DNA of 64,000 nucleotides. Origin: Vicugna vicugna (lineage: Eukaryota). The position numbers and the translations under genes are program-made. The stretch covers positions 5,316,066 to 5,380,065 of the forward strand of contig MU058221.1 of assembly GCA_013265495.1 (NCBI GenBank), read 5' to 3'. Of the stretch, positions 48,488 through 61,775 are shown piece after piece; the stretch's first letter is position 1, and each line of letters opens with the position of its first letter. The notes beneath the pieces were generated by a model that ran no database searches, was not told where the DNA came from, and was given only the letters and a program-made list of their open reading frames with translations.

Positions 48488-50362
48488 CTAGTAAGCCATT
48501 AACCAACCACTCTATCACATCATGCAAAATTCCTGCATCGCGTTGTCCACGCTTTTTTAGGACTGGGAACCAGTGTGTGGTTGGGGGTCGGCTGTCCCTC
48601 CCAGCCGCCTCGCCATCCCTCCCTTCTGCCCTTTCCAGGTGCTTGAAGAATGCAGTTTTCGGTCCACTAGGGACGCCCATATCTGATCTCTGAATGACGA
48701 GCAATTCCACCTAGTCCTGCCATTTTAAGCCAATCCAAACATACCACACTGGGAGCCTCCTCTGGGCACTTATAATGTTTCCTTGAGAGCTTCCCATTGT
48801 GCTTGGATGTTAGTGGTTCTTGCCAGAATTTCAAAAAAGTAATCAGAAAGAAAACCTAGAAACCAGGGAAGGGTAGACACAAGCCACAGTTACATGGACA
48901 GAGGTGGGACCCAGGAGGGCACTGGGCCCGAGTGCAACCTGGCCTGAAATTAAAGCAGGAATTTGGGGCACTTACTTAACTGTTAGATCCAGGAAGGCTT
49001 TGCCAGGGTGGTTGCTTTGGGGAAAAATGCTAAGAATTCTTCCTGAAGCAATACCACTCACCCAGTTACACAGTTCTGAAATCTCAAAAGCAGTCTGTTT
49101 GGTCCTTTCCCTGTATTATGTTTCCTTTCCATTCCACTGCCACTTCCTCTTCTAGACCTCAGATACCTAACCCCTGGATTATTAAAAGATATTATTAGAT
49201 GTGACAGTTGAATGCAAGGCATGGGCCTGGACCAGTTATGACGTGCCCTGGCTGTAAGCTCTAAACCCAGGCTCTCGTCCGTGTTCTCTCCTGCCTTCAG
49301 CCAAACTCCTGTACCACTGCTGAACAAACTTAATTAGGACCCACCTTTCATCATGCTCTTGGTTCTGCACACCCTTACGATAGGGACCATTTACTAACAG
49401 GTATCAAAATCCTTAAAAACATTCAAATACCTTTAAAGCCAACAATTCCAAGAATTCTTGGAATTACATCCAAAGAAATAAGCAGAGATATACATAAAGA
49501 CATGTATATTGAGAACACACGAAGCATTTCCACAACAGCAAAGAAACTGGGAACATTCTAAACATCCCCCCGGGAGGAGGGCAGCTGAGGGACTTCTGAT
49601 ACCCTTGCTGAAGGGAATATTCAGCACATAGTAAAGTTAGCTTTCCAAAGAATATTTAATGATCTCAGAAACAGTTCAACGTATCAAGTCAAAAAAGGAA
49701 AACACTTTACAAGAATATAAATGCCCTCATCAGTCATGTGTATAGAACCAAAGTGGGAAAAATACAGCAAAATTAACAGGGGCTGGCTATTTGTGCTGTG
49801 AGTGGCATTTTTTTTTCCTTTTCGTTTTCTGAATTTTTTTTTAATCTTCAAGAATGAACACATTTTAACTTTTATAATCAGAAAAATAATTTTTAGCCAG
49901 CTAAACCAAAAAGAACCAAGGATGATTGCCTAGTGCTCGTTATGTGGCGTTCAAAGCCCTCTGTGTGCTTCCCAGTCCCAGGCTGTGCTGCCTTCCAAGG
50001 CTCACCCAGCCACCACGCCCTGCTTCCGGAAGCCGGGTACCCACCCCACTGACTCACTCTCCCCTCACTGCGTCCTCCGCTGGGCCCTCACAGCACCGCC
50101 TTCTTCCTTTCCTGGTTTACCTGCATCTACCCATCCTTCCACCCCTCACCTCCTCTGAAAAGGTCTGTACCAAATTCAGGTCAGTACTGCACCGTTCAGG
50201 GCATCCAGTCACTTCACGTTTTTGTTTCAATTTCAACAGTCAGTCCCCTGAAGGCAGGGACGCGGAGCGTTACGTGGGTCCCTCCCTGTTCCTGGGGCGG
50301 CCCTGACCCACAGCCGTGAACTCAACTCTTAGAGGACAAAGGCTGGTTTGACACCAACGCAC

Positions 50363-50706
50363 CTTATCACGACGTCGAACTGGTTGAGGGCATGGCCCAG
50401 CTCCAGGCCGTGCAGGATCCCGCCGCTGCCGATCACCACGCAGCGCCTGCAGCTCTTGGCTTTCAAGTGTTCAGGGAAGTCGTGCTCAGGCAAGATTTCC
50501 AAGAGGGTCTGGACTTTACTGGAGAACTTGCGGAATCCGAAAGGAGGGTCATACTTGTACTCGGCCTCGGTCCCTTTGGGGCCCTTCCTCACGAAGGGCG
50601 GTAAGTCCGTGCTGTACCTGGGCCCGAAGAGCTGTGCCATTGACCTCTTGGCAAAGTGGGGCCTGCATTCCCTCTGCAGCACCTGCTGGGCGTACTTCTG
50701 GGCTCT
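50363..50706 (-). CDS. ST3GAL5: ST3GAL5 exon 4 (344 nt): stem and first half of sialylmotif L, RAQKYAQQ...[30 protein letters not shown]
   Basis: Lies within track ORF 50329..50751. Acceptor ttccag|, donor |gtgcgt, GT29 sialylmotif L. Confidence 0.97.
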
Positions 50707-50844
50707 CTGGAACGAATCATACACATCTGAGCTTAAAAGGGTCGCAGGCACTGAAACACACTCGTACAGACGACACCCTGTCCTGCGATGTCTGATGCAG
50801 CTTCCTTACTGACGACTGTCTTTTAACACAAAATATCTGCTTTT

Positions 50845-50934
50845 CTTTTTTTCAGTGGAGGTACCGGGGACTGAACCCAGGACCTCGTGCATGCTAAGCA
50901 TGTGCTCTACCACTGAGCTATTTCCCTCCTCCTG
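50845..50934 (-). mobile_element. tRNA-Ala-derived SINE, short type (head plus A-tail only), in ST3GAL5 intron 3
   Basis: TSD aaatatctgctttt (50831-50844) / aaacatctgctttt (50935-50948). Confidence 0.92.
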
Positions 50935-50961
50935 AAACATCTGCTTTTAAGAGCTAATTTA

Positions 50962-51697
50962 CGCTGCTGGCGGGAATGTAGTTTGGTGCAGCTGTTATGG
51001 GAAACAGTATGGAGATTCCTCGAAAGACTAAAAACAGACTTACTCTATGATCCAGCAATCCCACTCCTGGGCATTTATCTAGAGGGAGCCTTAATTCAAA
51101 AAGATACATGCACCCCAATGTTCATAGCAGCACTATTTACAATAGTCTAGATATGGAAACAACCTAAATGTCCATCGACAGATGACTGGATAAAGAAGTT
51201 GTGATATATTTATACAATGGAATACTACTCAGCCATAAAAAATAATAAAACAATGCCATTTGCAGCAACATGGATGGACCTGGAGATTGTCATTCTAAGT
51301 GAAATAAGCCAGAAAGAGAAAGAAAAATACCACCGTGCAATAACACTTATATGTGGAATCTTAAAAAAAGACAAACGAACTTATTTGCAAAACAGAAACG
51401 GACTCTCAGATATAGAGAACAAACTTGTGGTTACCAGTCGGGGAGGGGAGTGGGAGGGGATAAATTATGGGTAAGGATTATATATATACATACACACATA
51501 CATAGGATAAACAACAAGTTCATGCTGTACAGCACAGGGAACTATATTCAGTATCTTGTAGTAACTTATGGTGAAAAAGAATATGAAACGAATCTATGTA
51601 TGTTCATGTATGACTGAAGCACTGTGCTGTACACTGGAAACTGACACAGCATTGTAAATTGACTATACTTCAGTAAAAATATACATATACCAAAAAA
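50962..51697 (+). mobile_element. LINE-1 3' fragment (ORF2 end plus 3'UTR), antisense within ST3GAL5 intron 3
   Basis: Track ORF 51217 MEYYSAIKNNKTMPFAATWMDLEIVILSEISQKEK; gatccagcaatcccactcctgggcat; ends aattgactatacttcagtaaaa. Confidence 0.93.
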
Positions 51698-51904
51698 GCT
51701 GTTATGATAAAAACTTGAAGGAAAAACCTGGGAGAATCACATGACAAAGAGAGAAACTCAACAAGAAAATTTATTTCACCGCACAAGTAAAGCAGGAAGG
51801 ACCCCCACCTCCTACCTCCCATCCCACCGAAACTTGCTGAAATAAACTTGGGGTTAAGAAACATACTTCAAGATGTTTCAGATTTCATGTTTCATAAAAT
51901 CCTG

Positions 51905-52236
51905 ACAAATGCAACAACGTGGATGAACCTTGGGGATATTATACGTAGTGAAGTCAGTCAGTCACAAAAAGACAAACACTGTATGACCTCCGTTGATAGA
52001 CGGTAGCTAGAGTAGTCAAATTCATAGAAACAGAAAGTGGAATTGTGGTCACCGGGGGCTAGGGAGAGAGGAAGTGAGGAGCTGCTGTTTAACGGGTCAA
52101 ATTTCAGTTTTGCAACATGAAAACATTCCAGAAATCTGTTTCACAACAATGTGAATATGCTTACCAGGGCTGAACTACACGTTTAAAACAATTCAGATGG
52201 CAAATTTTATGTGTCTTTTCCCCGCAATTAAAAAAC
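51905..52236 (+). mobile_element. Older L1 (L1MB-like) 3'UTR fragment
   Basis: atgcaacaacgtggatgaaccttggggatattatacgtagtgaagtcagtcagtcacaaaaagacaaacactgtatg...caattaaaaaa. Confidence 0.8.
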
Positions 52237-55200
52237 AAAGACTTCCTATTTCGGGTTCATGTCTAGTAGGATGAGAAAGGGCTTATGTACCAGTTGGGGT
52301 AATGAGATTCACACGGTCTGGGATGGAAATTAAGCGTGATCTGGAACAATGCCATGTCAACAAGGAAGTTGCCCTGGGTTTGTATACAATTTCCCCTGCA
52401 CGTTACTGTTTTGCATCAACAAGAAATGACCGTTGAAGGCCAAGTACACTAGCCCAGCGGAACGCAGCAAGACACAGAGGAGCGTGGACCAGACGCCCGC
52501 TCGCTCCAGTCTTCCCCCCGGCTCAGTCTGGACACACGATGCCTCAGGACCCCCTGGGAGGAAGTTCTCCCTCATCACTGTGCTTTGTGTTCCCATCGCC
52601 CCATCCAGCAGTCTTGGCCTGGCCGTCTGAAAACGGGAGTGCACTGTCACTGTCTCAGGTCACCGGCATGACACCTATGACACCCTGCGAGACAGTCCTG
52701 AGTGCCTTCACTTTGTGGGCTCAACGTGGCACACCCAGGAAGAGGGCTGAGCTGGCAGGCTCACCTGGTCTGATTGCCTCCCAAACTCCTACCACCCCAG
52801 CCTCCGCACACACAGAGCAGCTGACAAGCATCACTACCGAGAATAAGCGTTTGAATCGGCGTCTCCGTGCGGAATCGGCGGGAAAGCCAAGCCAGGAACT
52901 AGTGATGACCTAGAGCAGCCCCTGAATGGAGAGCTCGCCCTGACGGGGCCTCCAAGCCGCTGACCCCCCACACCCATGGGCACGTAAGCCTGGTTGTGTG
53001 GACGCGGGGCAGGGCACGCAGTGGGGCCACGTGTACCAGACACCCTTGTCTCTAGACCCCGGGCCTGAGGGTTATAAGTAAGAGTTTTTAGAGAACAAAG
53101 GGTCTAATTCTTCACTGTAGGATGACATCCCAAGCATCTGGTTTTACAAATCACCCGGGACAGGAGATTAGGGACTGACTCAGGACCAGAAAGAGGTGAG
53201 TGATGGAGCCGAAACCCGCGCCCGACTCTCCCGGGCTGCCAAAGTTCCTCCTTAGAAGTCTCACTTGCGAGGAGCAAAATTTCATTCCATTTCCATTCTG
53301 GCAAAGGGACCCAGCTCAGGCTTCGCATGTAACTCTCCAGACCATGAGCAAGGCAGCTTCTGACTGTGACCCCCGCTTCCTGTCCCTCCTTCACAGCAGG
53401 TGCAGTCAGTCAATCCCAAGTGACAATGTTCTAAATGCCCCTGGAAAGGTCTAAAGCTGCAGCAATTCCTCGTCTTCTGTTGTCTCAACTGGTTTAAAGA
53501 TGTCACACACCCTGAGAAAGCCCTCAGGATCATTTCTTCCACCCAGAAGTGCCTCCACTTCTCTCCTTCCCCTTCCAGGCTTCAAAGCTCAGAAGAAAAA
53601 TGCTGGGAGGAGAGCTCGCCTTGCGGAGCTGTGATCAAGACAGGAATCATTGAGACCTTCCTCTTCTCTGCTACCGACAGTGCCAGGGCCAGGAGCCAGC
53701 TTGGGCTGGCGAGGAGGATGCGGCGAGGTCTAGATGGCGTCCACCCAGGGTGGGGACCACCGGGAAGCAGAGGGCCGGTGGCTCTCTCATCAAAGATACA
53801 GGAACCCCTTCTTCTCTCAAAATGAGGCCTGGAGACGAGGGGTCCAGTTTTTGAAAGTCCTCCAGGCTGAGCTCGCTGGCTGCCTACAGTCGAGAATGAG
53901 CAGACATCTGACAGTTCCAGTTGTCAATGACATGCCGACTTGCCATGAAAAACCACAACGTGAGAATTCACTGAGGGATGTTAAAAAACTGCATTTCCCT
54001 CAGTAAAATCTCCATCTCTACTCTATAATTTTTAGGACAATCCTTCTCAGAAATACAGATGAGTGGCATCATTCTGAGTAAAAGGCAACGTTCTCTTTTA
54101 TTTATTTATCCAGGGCAGGGCGCAGCCCTCAGGCTGAAGGAGACTTTTGGGTCTGGACTGACCAGACCTGGGGAGGAGCAACCTCAGCCACAGATCACGT
54201 GAACTGAGGGCGTGAGTCACATTATGAAACTTTCATTTCCACGTTACTAACCTCTGCACTGGCTACAGCCATGTTTAAGCCCATGGAAGTTAGCTGTCTA
54301 TAACTCTGACCTGGTTAAAAGCAGAAAAAATCTGAATAACTAAGTCACAGAAAGACGAGCATAGTAAAATCTCAACCAGTCAGTGGTTTCCTGAGGCTGG
54401 TACTTGAGGGTAGGGGCTGCCCACAGAAGGGGTGAGTGGAAATGAACTTGTGTGATGAAATGCCCAGGGTGGCGCTGTGGTGATGGTGGTATAACTGTAT
54501 AAATCGACCAATACTCTTCCAACATTATGCTTAAAAGGAGTAAATCTTATGGTATGTGGTATTTTATCACAGTGCGCTGTTAGGAAGAAAAAAAAATCAG
54601 ACGACCTGGATCTAGACCCCGTTTAAGGTCCCTTCATTGGTCGTGTAAACATGGTTAAAGCATTAACCCGAGGTCAAGGCTTCAGGTTTCTCACCTCCGT
54701 GACATCCAAGGATGATCTGGGGAAAATCCAGGGTAGCCTCGAGGAGAGAAAGGAATTGGTTTGGAAGTGCGAATGCCGGCACTGATTTAATCACCGAGCC
54801 CCGGGCTCCTCTGCTTACTTTACAGACGTGCATGTAGGTGTATACAGTCAGAGGGGAGGCGTAAACTTGGCCATGATGAACTACGCAGCCCAGAATGCCG
54901 TCCTCAGGGTGATACGTGGTTGTCAGTTCCCGGGAGGAGAGAGGGCCAAGTTCAAATCGCTGCAACCCCACGGCTGGAACCTAAATTAACATGACTGTGC
55001 CCCGTTTCGCCTCAAACATCTTTTACGTGCAGTTTCACATCCGCACCACACTCAAAGCATCTAAGCATCCTTACAGAGACCACTGCTAGGCTCTGTTCAC
55101 AAATGGCACGTTAAGGGACATCTTTAAATAGAAAATACGAAACCCACAACCATCACGGCCACACTTCTGCTGCACTCATGCGGGCAGAATGCAACCAGAC

Positions 55201-55942
55201 GCTCGGAGTCCAGCAGGCTTGCTGAGCTTGCAAGCTGCTAAACGTTGTCAGCAAAGCTAACAGGGCCCCGTCCTCATGGTTTTGAGACCCTCTTCTGCTA
55301 ATATCCAGCCACAGTAATTCAGATTCATCCAAATGCTCTTAGTAGTAAGAACTGGCCTCCATCAACAGCCTGGAGACCGAGTTTTCTTTGTGGAGAGCTC
55401 ACGCTGAACACCATCTCCTGGCCATTCAGAGCCCCAGGACCACACCTGTTGGCCTCCCCAGCCATAGCCTTTACTCTTGGGACTTGAGAGAGGGTTTCTC
55501 TTCTTGTTTTGGGACACGGGACCAGATATCAAACTTAGGGGCTGCTCAGGGCGGCATTCAAGTTGGCCTTTCATGCTGTGGTCCAGTCTCATTTTCAGCC
55601 TCACATCCTGCTATCCCCCACCCCAAATCCTCAGCAGTGTCTAACTTCTGTTATTCCTCTACTTTGCAAAGCCTGCTGAGACACGTCCTTTTTTGCAGAA
55701 GTACTTTGTGAAAAATTGCTTTGTGAAAAGTAGGGCATTTTGACAGTCAACAGTGCTAAAAAGCTACATTAAAAAAAAAAATGTCTCAAGTAACAGAATA
55801 AGACAACTCTAAGTCCACCACGGTCAGAGCAGGCTTCCACTTTCTACTTTATTAATTTCCGAACTGGGACTTGCATAGACATGTTTGACTCGCACACCTG
55901 CCCCCATTCCTCCTTCTTTCCACCCAATTACAGGGGACTTTC

Positions 55943-56440
55943 TTTTTTTTTTTGAAAATCGAAGATTAGTTGATTTACAATGTTGTGTTCATTTCTGGTG
56001 TACTGCATAGTGATTCAGTTATGCGTGTATATATTCCTCTTCATATTATTCTCCATTACAGGTTATTATAAGATATTGAATATATTTCCCTGTGCTATAC
56101 AGTGGAAGCTTGTTGTTTATTTTATATATAGTAGTTTGTACATGCTAATCTCAAACTCCTAATTTATTACACCCCCACTCCCCACTTTCCCCTCTGGTAC
56201 CCATAAGTTTGTTTTCTATGTCTGTGAGTCTGTTTCTGTTCTGAAATACATAAGTTCATTTTTATCATTTTTTAAAGATTACACACATAAGTGATATCAT
56301 ATGATATCTGTCTTTCTCTGTCTAACTTACTTTACTTAGGAGGATAATCTCTAGGTCCATCCATGTTGCTGCAAATAGCATTATTTCACTTTTTTATGGC
56401 TGAGTTGTATTCCATTATATATATGTATATTTACACACAA
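55943..56440 (-). mobile_element. LINE-1 3' end
   Basis: Poly-T, tagttgatttacaatgttgtgtt...ttccctgtgctatacagt...ctaggtccatccatgttgctgcaaat...tttttatggctgag. Confidence 0.92.
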
Positions 56441-56479
56441 TATCTTTTTTAAAAATCTTTAAAAAAATGTTTTTTTTTT

Positions 56480-56802
56480 AAAAAAAGAACATAAATGCAA
56501 AACAGAAACAGACTCATAGACACAGACTACAAACTTGTGGTTGCCAAGGGGGAGGTGGGTAGGAAGGGATAGACTGGGAGTTCAAAATTTATCAATACTG
56601 ACAGGCATAATGCAGAATAGATAAACAAGATTATACTGTATAGCACAGGGAAATATATACAGGATTTTGTGGTGGCCCACGGAGAAAAAAATGTGACAAT
56701 GAATATGTGTATGTTCGTGTGTAACTGAAAAATTGTGCTCTACACTGGAATTTGACACAACATTGTAAATTGACTATAACTCAATAAAAAATGTTAAAAA
56801 AA
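56480..56802 (+). mobile_element. LINE-1 3' end, inverted relative to 55943-56440
   Basis: aaaacagaaacagactcatagacacag...ctgtatagcacagggaaatatat...ttgacacaacattgtaaattgactataactcaataaaaa. Confidence 0.92.
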
Positions 56803-56859
56803 TTTTTTTGTTGGGGGAGAGGCAGTTAGGGTTACTAGTTTATCTTTATGGAAATACTG
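56803..56859 (-). mobile_element. Truncated tail fragment of a Vic-1-like SINE
   Basis: tttttttgttgggggagaggcagttagggttactagtttatctttatggaaatactg parallels the tail of the 32-kb and 39-kb copies. Confidence 0.55.
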
Positions 56860-58489
56860 CGACAGCCACAGAGGACGCAGAAAGGCAGGTGAGGAGACAC
56901 TGAACTGCGGCAAAAGTGAGGACAGAGGATTCCAAAGGGCGACCATTCGATCACGATTCCTTTTCCAGAATTCCAGCAACTATGGATTTTTACACAGCCT
57001 CTGTTCTCAAATAACTTACAATTTAGATGGACAATGAAAAGCTTACACAAATTATCATAATACCAGATGGAATCTGGCAGGTTTCAGAGGGCTTTCAAAC
57101 ACCACTGAGGTTCAGTTTGAACACCACTGAGTTGGGGGCTGGGGAGCCATGTGCCTGCATTCAGAGCAGGTTATGCTTTCTAGCCAGGTGCTAGCACAGC
57201 TGCAGAGAAGCACGGAAACCCCAGGGCTGGGAGCGATCAGAAGGACCTGGGGCCACCAACTGTGCAATGCCTGAGTTCCACTGCAGGACCCAAAATAGTT
57301 ATCCTGGCTTTGCTCAAAGACCTCCAGAGCTTCGCCACCAAGGCAGCTCATCTTTTCCATCTTTGGAGGATGTGGACCATCAAATCCTTCTCCTTTCAGC
57401 TTGGCTGCCACCCCTGGATCTGCAGCTCTGCCAGTGGGGTCACCTGGACAGGCTGACCCTTCCCCAGCAGCTGCCACGGGTCCTGTACCTGGTCATCTCG
57501 ATATAAATATTCCCGTCCCTTCAAAGGTTCCTTAGGGACATGGTCTTGAGTCTCTTCTCTGCTCATTCTCACAAGTCACTAGGATTCCTTTGGGGAATCT
57601 TAAAGAGCCATAGTGACCAGAGCACTTGCCTGAACATTGCAGGGATGAGCAGACCATCCCTGGTCTGTTCACGTAGCTAAAAAGAAACAGCTGTAGCAGC
57701 CTCGGCACACGTCGATGCAGACGGCGCCGGCCAAGCACGAGAGCCACTAAGTCGGTTTCCCCTACGGTGTTGCTCAACTGCATCTTCTCCACCCCATACT
57801 TGTGACATAGCGTGCTCTCGCACAGACAGCTCACATTTCTCTTCAATTAACCCAGACTGGAGAGCAATTATTTTTACTACTGGTCAGATGGTCAGCTGCA
57901 TGATGAATGAAATAGACAGGACACAGAGGATGCTCAGAGCATGTGGAGAATTGTGGCAAAGGGACACAGGGACGAGTTCACAGATACCAGTAATCGTGTC
58001 ATGTGCCATCATTTCAGGCCTTTCCCAGGAGATAAAAAAAACAGAGACAGGATGTCTGAAAAACTTGATCCAAGCAAGCTGTGGAGGGCCTTGGAATGGA
58101 AATGGATTTGGGGATGTCTGCAAGGCCAGCCATTTGGGAAGAGAGGGGAAGGCTGAGCAGAGGACACAGGACACATCCTGCTCCAGCAGAGCAGAGGTGC
58201 TAATGCTGATGAAACGCACTGGGTCGGCGACCATCGGAGGACAGACATAGCGAGAAAGGAAGGCTCTGTGATCGCAAGACCTCTGAGACACCGGCTTCTG
58301 CACAGGCCAAGCTGTGCATTTATTAACTATGCTCTTTTTCATTTCGTGTTTATACCTGCCTGTGCTACAAAAAATTGGAGGCACTTCAAAGCATATACAG
58401 ATTAAGGACATGCGAATAACAATCAGGGACTAGCAAAGGAGCTTTGTGTGTATCTGCTTACTCGAATTTAATGAACACTCCATCACACT

Positions 58490-59025
58490 GGTGTTTCCGT
58501 TTCACAGCTGAGAAACCTGGGACTCGGAACAATTAAGTAACCTGCCCAAGATGTGAATCTGGGTCAGAAGTTTAAGCTCTCTCCTCTCTGCATCATGCTG
58601 CCTGTAACTCCTGGCCTCTCTGCGGACGCTCCCTACCCAGGCAGAGAGCAGAGGCCTCAGGAGCCTGGACTCTGAAGCCACACTGCTGGGTCTAAGCCCT
58701 GACTCCACCACTTACTATCTGAGACCCCAGACAGTTTTTAATCTCCCTGCCCCGCCCTTTCCTCAGCTATGAGATGGGGGTTACAAGAGTGCCTATATCC
58801 TCAAGACTGTTACAAGGGTTGAATGAGTTTATATTGCTAAGCATTTTCAGAAAAGCTACATAGTATATACTAAGCTACATTAACTAAATGATTTAACTAA
58901 ACTAGATGTGGACTTGGGTAAGCAGCTTCACTCTCAGGTGGTCATCTGCAAGATGCGGAGAACACTGGGCTGCCTCCCAGTCTTGATGATAATTAAATGA
59001 GATAACTGATGTGAAGCACCTATAT
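58490..59025. mobile_element. Cluster of MIR fragments in ST3GAL5 intron 3
   Basis: tttcacagctgagaaacctggg...aattaagtaacctgcccaag; gagcctggactctgaagccacactgctgggtctaagccctgactccaccacttacta; aattaaatgagataac. Confidence 0.65.
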
Positions 59026-59486
59026 GTATTGGTCATCATTACTTCCATGCTACTTTATTTAAAATCATTTTGTCTTCTGTCCAGGGCTGAACGTTATCAG
59101 ATAATCAGTGAAATGAGCATTTAATATGTCAACTGATTTAAAAGTAAATACACATTGAAGGAAAAATCTTGAACTACAACGTGAAATCACTAAAACGAAA
59201 CATAAAACACAGAAATGACAAATGATACTAAAAGAATTTCTTCCTGATTTGTTTTAAGAACATGTACACCGACAGCATCACAGTATAGTAACCCCATGAA
59301 AGGTGTCCGACAGGGTCAAATGGAACCCACAACTTCAGTAAATGGGGGAGAACAGTGAGGCATGTGTTTCGAAGCATTAAGTGTTAAGTGTTTTCCTTTC
59401 TGTTTACAATGTTCATGAACATTTATTTACAACACTTTAGATACCATGTTAACTTTTAGGTATACACTTGGGAATATTCTAATTTA

Positions 59487-59669
<183 letters not shown>

Positions 59670-60226
59670 TCAAGAAAGATCACGTGAAATAAGTGAAAAC
59701 CGAACCTACTCAGCATAGAAGTACCGTCTAAGTTGACCTTTTATGGCACCATTTCTTATTTTCATGACAAGATAAATTAGTCATTTATGACTGTCTTTGT
59801 TACCAAGTGAAACTGACAAGTCCCGCCTTTGAACAGTTCTCGCACTTAGTAAGCTGTAAAGGGGACCAGGCTGAAACACCTGTCACCCTTTTTAGTATTC
59901 AGTGTTATTCAAACGCCTGCAGGGGACTTTAATTGACCATATTTGTAGGTTCACTAAAAACAGAGAAAGGGAAAGCCCTCTTTTATTAGACCGCGGCTGG
60001 AAGGGCTGTGCACGAGGTGCAGAGTCTGGGCGGCTCCCTGGCTGGAGCCACGCCGGAATCTGGGACGGGGATGCTCTGAGCCTCTCCTCGGATGTGCCTC
60101 TAAAGAGATCCTTGACCGAGAGGGACGAAGGGTGAGTGCCATCCTCAGGGCTCTCGCTGAACTTTTCTCCCAGTTCCTCCCAGACCCAAACCAGGGGTGT
60201 CTTGTGGCCTGAGAGCTGGTGCTTAC

Positions 60227-60350
60227 TTGAGGATGTCCTTCAGCAACAAGCTAGGTCTTCTCATCTTGTTCTGACCTCGGGTGTACCATTGCAGGGAGGG
60301 CCTCGAGCAGTCGCTTCTCAGCTTCACACAGTTGTACTCACTGGGCATTG
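60227..60350 (-). CDS. ST3GAL5: ST3GAL5 exon 2 (124 nt): cytoplasmic tail, [41 protein letters not shown], with in-frame ATGs at 60348 and 60264
   Basis: Acceptor cttgtcccag| and donor |gtaagc. The translation matches the GM3 synthase N-terminus and the phase fits exon 3. Confidence 0.95.
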
Positions 60351-60424
60351 CTGGGACAAGAGGAGAGGGCAGGAGGAGGGAAAGAAGGAAGTGAGTTTGG
60401 CAGATTACATTTTTAGAGAGCCTC

Positions 60425-61035
60425 AGTGTGGTACAGCGGTACCGTGGAATACTACTCAGCGATAAAAAGGAACGGCCAACTGATACACGCAGCCCCTCGA
60501 TGAATCCCGAGGCAGTGAAGCTGAGCCAATACTAACAGGTTACACACTATATGATTCCACTTATACAACGTTCTTGAAATGACAAAGGTACACAAGTGGA
60601 GAACAGATCATCGTCATCAGGGGTTGGGGAGGGAGCAGTGGGTGTGGCTGTGGAAGGGCAACATGAGGGGTCCCTGTGGTGATGGAAAGAAACTGTATCT
60701 TGACTGTATCCTGTCAATATCCCGGTTGTGAGATTCTACGGTGGTTCTGCAAGATGCTGCCATTGGGGGAAGTGAGTAATCTGTGTTCCTACACTCTACA
60801 ATTATCCCCGAATTAAAAGTCAGATTTTTTTTAAGAGTCTTTATCTTTTAGAGATACATACGGAACTACTTACAGATGAAACAGGAGAAATGAAAACTGC
60901 TTCAAAAAAAAAAGTGTGTGAGAGAAACAGCTGAGACAAGGTGAGCTTTAAACTACTGTCGAATCTGGGCAATCAGTACACGGGGCTCATTTTTACAATT
61001 CTCAATACTATTTGAAATTTTCTACAATAAAAAAG
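60425..61035 (+). mobile_element. Ancient L1 (L1MC/L1ME-like) fragments
   Basis: gtggaatactactcagcgataaaaaggaac...tatatgattccacttatacaacgttcttgaaatgacaaa...tttgaaattttctacaataaaa. Confidence 0.78.
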
Positions 61036-61067
61036 GTTAAAGCTGTTACATTAAAAACAGAAGAGGT

Positions 61068-61182
61068 GGGGATGGGGGTAGAGCTCAGTGGTAAAGTATG
61101 TGCTTAGCATGTGTGAGGTCCTGGGTTCAGTTCCCCAGTAAATACATTAAAAAATAAATTAATTAAAATTACAAAAAAATTT
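61068..61182 (+). mobile_element. tRNA-Ala-derived SINE, short type, in ST3GAL5 intron 1
   Basis: gggggtagagctcagtggtaaagtatgtgcttagcatgtgtgaggtcctgggttcagttccccagta plus A-rich tail; flanks share aaacagaa. Confidence 0.88.
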
Positions 61183-61349
61183 TTTTAAACAGAAAAAGAG
61201 AATTACACTAAGAAAAAAGAAAAAGAAAATATGGCAATTTTAAAAGAAATTTTAAAAATATATATGTTCTTGGGTATGCTTGCTCATTTATTCTTTTAAA
61301 TTAGTTTAATTCTCAAATTTCCAATTTCTAAATAATATTCCAAGGGCTA

Positions 61350-61775
61350 TCGTAGTAGAAATCGATACATCTCGTCCCACATCAATTTCCCCCTTTCTCT
61401 CAATTGAAAAGAACTCCGAATTTTTATCTGGGCACATGGCTTTGGAGCTAGGCACAGCTTTGTGACTAAGTTCTAGCCCATGGGCTACGAGCAAAAGTGT
61501 ACAACTTTCAGGGTGCATTCCTCGGCATACTCCCCTTTATCCTTTATCCCCTCTTTCCTATTGGCTGAAATATTGACACATGATGAGCCACTCTGGACCA
61601 CACAGCACATCACCCAAGGGATGGAGGAGCAATGGGACAAAGGGCTTGGGTCCCTGGACCACCTCAAGGACAGAGCCTCCATGCCATCCCTGACGGTCTG
61701 CCTCTGAACTCTTGCAAGACGGAGAAATAAACTTCCACCTCGTTTAAGCAACTGTTAATTAAATCTCAACTAATG
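61350..61775. mobile_element. MLT1I/J-like MaLR LTR
   Basis: tttatctgggcacatggc...tgtgactaagttctagcc...gagaaataaacttccacctcgtttaagcaactgt. Confidence 0.7.

Noticed and set aside
50852..50932. tRNA-Ala(AGC) gene, and likewise the copies at 9.9, 26.4, 31.5, 32.1, 39.0 and 61.1 kb
   Set aside because: They have A-rich tails, TSDs and disrupted stems or boxes, so they are SINE copies rather than functional tRNA genes.
51217..51617. ORFs MEYYSAIK... and MWNLKK... as host genes
   Set aside because: They are LINE-1 ORF2 C-terminal and 3'UTR remnants.
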